A stretch of DNA of 56,985 nt, taken from positions 1 to 56,985 of IMG/VR virus record IMGVR_UViG_3300017752_004327, one strand, 5' to 3'. Under the pieces are notes generated by a model that saw nothing but the letters and a program-made list of their open reading frames with translations, ran no database searches and was not told where the DNA came from. A program made the translations under genes and the position numbers. Shown in pieces: positions 55,899 through 56,985 of the stretch. Numbering within the stretch: the first letter of the stretch is position 1; each line of letters begins with the position of its first letter. This DNA comes from a virus (Duplodnaviria; Caudoviricetes).

Positions 55899-56261
55899 AT
55901 GGAACTAGCAACACTAGCAACTTTTGCATATTTACTTACTGTTAAGCACACTGTATGTGATTTAGCATTGCAACGCCTGTATTCTGCAGACAAGAAACGT
56001 TATTTTGATCCAGGTGCGCACACGCATTATTTTCATCACGGACTAGGAAGTTTGCTGTGTGGACTTGTAGTAGGTATAGAGTTTGCATTACTAATCGGAG
56101 TAATAGATTATATTGCACACTGGCATATAGATCATTACAAAACACGCATTAGGATCCACTACAATATGCAGTCTTCAGAAGATAGATACTGGATACTACA
56201 AACACTAGACCAAGCACTGCATTTTTCTACGTATTATATTTTTGTGTTGATGTCTATTTAG
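55899..56261 (+). CDS. DUF3307-like membrane protein
   Basis: KH..CD..LQ, H...H, HWHID..K, DQALH motifs. Confidence 0.75.
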   Translation: MELATLATFAYLLTVKHTVCDLALQRLYSADKKRYFDPGAHTHYFHHGLGSLLCGLVVGIEFALLIGVIDYIAHWHIDHYKTRIRIHYNMQSSEDRYWILQTLDQALHFSTYYIFVLMSI

Positions 56262-56985
56262 ACTGTGCAATAAACGTACCATTCCAATCATCTGGTAGTT
56301 CTTGCGTTTTCATATACTCGCAACGTTCTATCCACATTGTGTAATAGCCGGACATCTTTGCTTCAAAGTGACGCATTAATTTGTTGCTCAAATCAATTGC
56401 TTCGTCAAACTTTTGATTTCTATATGCTTCGTGCATACGCTTATGCATTTCTTGACTTTTACGTGTAGCAGGTTTAACATTTATATCTAAAACTGTGTAT
56501 ATAGAAACACCTACGCTCTTGCCTTTAACTTGCAAGTCGTCTATCTTTAGATAAAAGAATTCATCTTTAGTTGCTTCATAAGTTGTTTCGCCAACTAGTA
56601 ATAAGCAACCGTACTCTTTACATTTACTTTCTATTCTTGCGGCTGTACTGACGGCATCACCAAGTACATCGTATGAGTGTCTTGCTGTGCTGCCCATTTC
56701 TCCAAGGTACCCAAGTCCGGTATTAATACCCGCTCCCATACCAATGGGCGGTCTGCCTTCGCTTGTAATTTTTTCATTGAACTTCTCTACTGCGTGTAAC
56801 ATATTCAATCCTGTGCGGACTGCACTTTTAGGATGATTAGGATCGTCTATTGGTGCACCGTGAACGTGCATACTAGCATCTCCTATATACTTAATTATCA
56901 TTCCATTTTCGTTTAAAACAGGTAAAGTAATAGCGTCCATATATTGGTTCATAAGTGTTGTCAATCCTTTTACATCATCTCCAAA
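56254..56985 (-). CDS. Class III adenylate/guanylate cyclase, C-terminal part (gene starts beyond window end)
   Basis: KYIGDA, G.GINTG....GEMGS..R.SYDVLGDAV..AARIES, VKGK; frame open to the window edge. Confidence 0.9.
   Translation of the reverse strand, partial: FGDDVKGLTTLMNQYMDAITLPVLNENGMIIKYIGDASMHVHGAPIDDPNHPKSAVRTGLNMLHAVEKFNEKITSEGRPPIGMGAGINTGLGYLGEMGSTARHSYDVLGDAVSTAARIESKCKEYGCLLLVGETTYEATKDEFFYLKIDDLQVKGKSVGVSIYTVLDINVKPATRKSQEMHKRMHEAYRNQKFDEAIDLSNKLMRHFEAKMSGYYTMWIERCEYMKTQELPDDWNGTFIAQSK

Noticed and set aside
1-56985. Bacterial chromosome, given dnaK, rpoZ, hemC/E, kdsA/B, clpP and tRNAs
   Set aside because: These genes lack their normal operon partners and are mixed with T4-like baseplate/tail genes, late-promoter motifs and many small phage-type ORFs; a large phage fits better
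1-56985. Stop-codon reassignment, introns or inteins
   Set aside because: Conserved genes are uninterrupted under the standard code and end in TAA, TAG and TGA; no suppressor tRNA or insertion seen

Overview
This window looks like part of a large, AT-rich, T4-like (probably jumbo) dsDNA phage of a marine Gram-negative host. DnaK, KdsA, RpoZ and the MsmA-like gene suggest an alphaproteobacterial host (inference). The standard genetic code is used and gene packing is very dense. Left end (1-8.8 kb): baseplate/tail-fibre genes. 8.8-20.1 kb: host-like accessory genes (iscA, Fe/Mn SOD, uvsE, phosphomannomutase, glycosyltransferases, kdsA, queD, thyX, two histone-like proteins). 20.2-43.3 kb: an exceptional 23-kb enzyme island with 9 radical-SAM (SPASM/twitch-type) genes, 6 Asp/Asn-beta-hydroxylase-like Fe/2OG oxygenases, hemC, hemE, a methyltransferase, an SDR, a mini-kinase, two beta-propellers, a GNAT and a minimal adenylation enzyme. 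It is driven by T4-late-like TAAATA/TAAGTA motifs and abuts a tail-fibre gene. Right part: rpoZ, dnaK (with a ROSE-like RNA thermometer), a Rieske-less MsmA-like oxygenase, kdsB, an HD (p)ppGpp hydrolase, ClpP, 4 tRNAs and a class III adenylate cyclase. Other sequence-level signals: leaderless late-promoter architecture (TAAATA-N5-8-ATG), perfect sigma70 promoters, candidate structured leaders before queD and rpoZ, and strong avoidance of CATG and AGCT. All calls come from motif recognition by eye; no database searches or counts were run.
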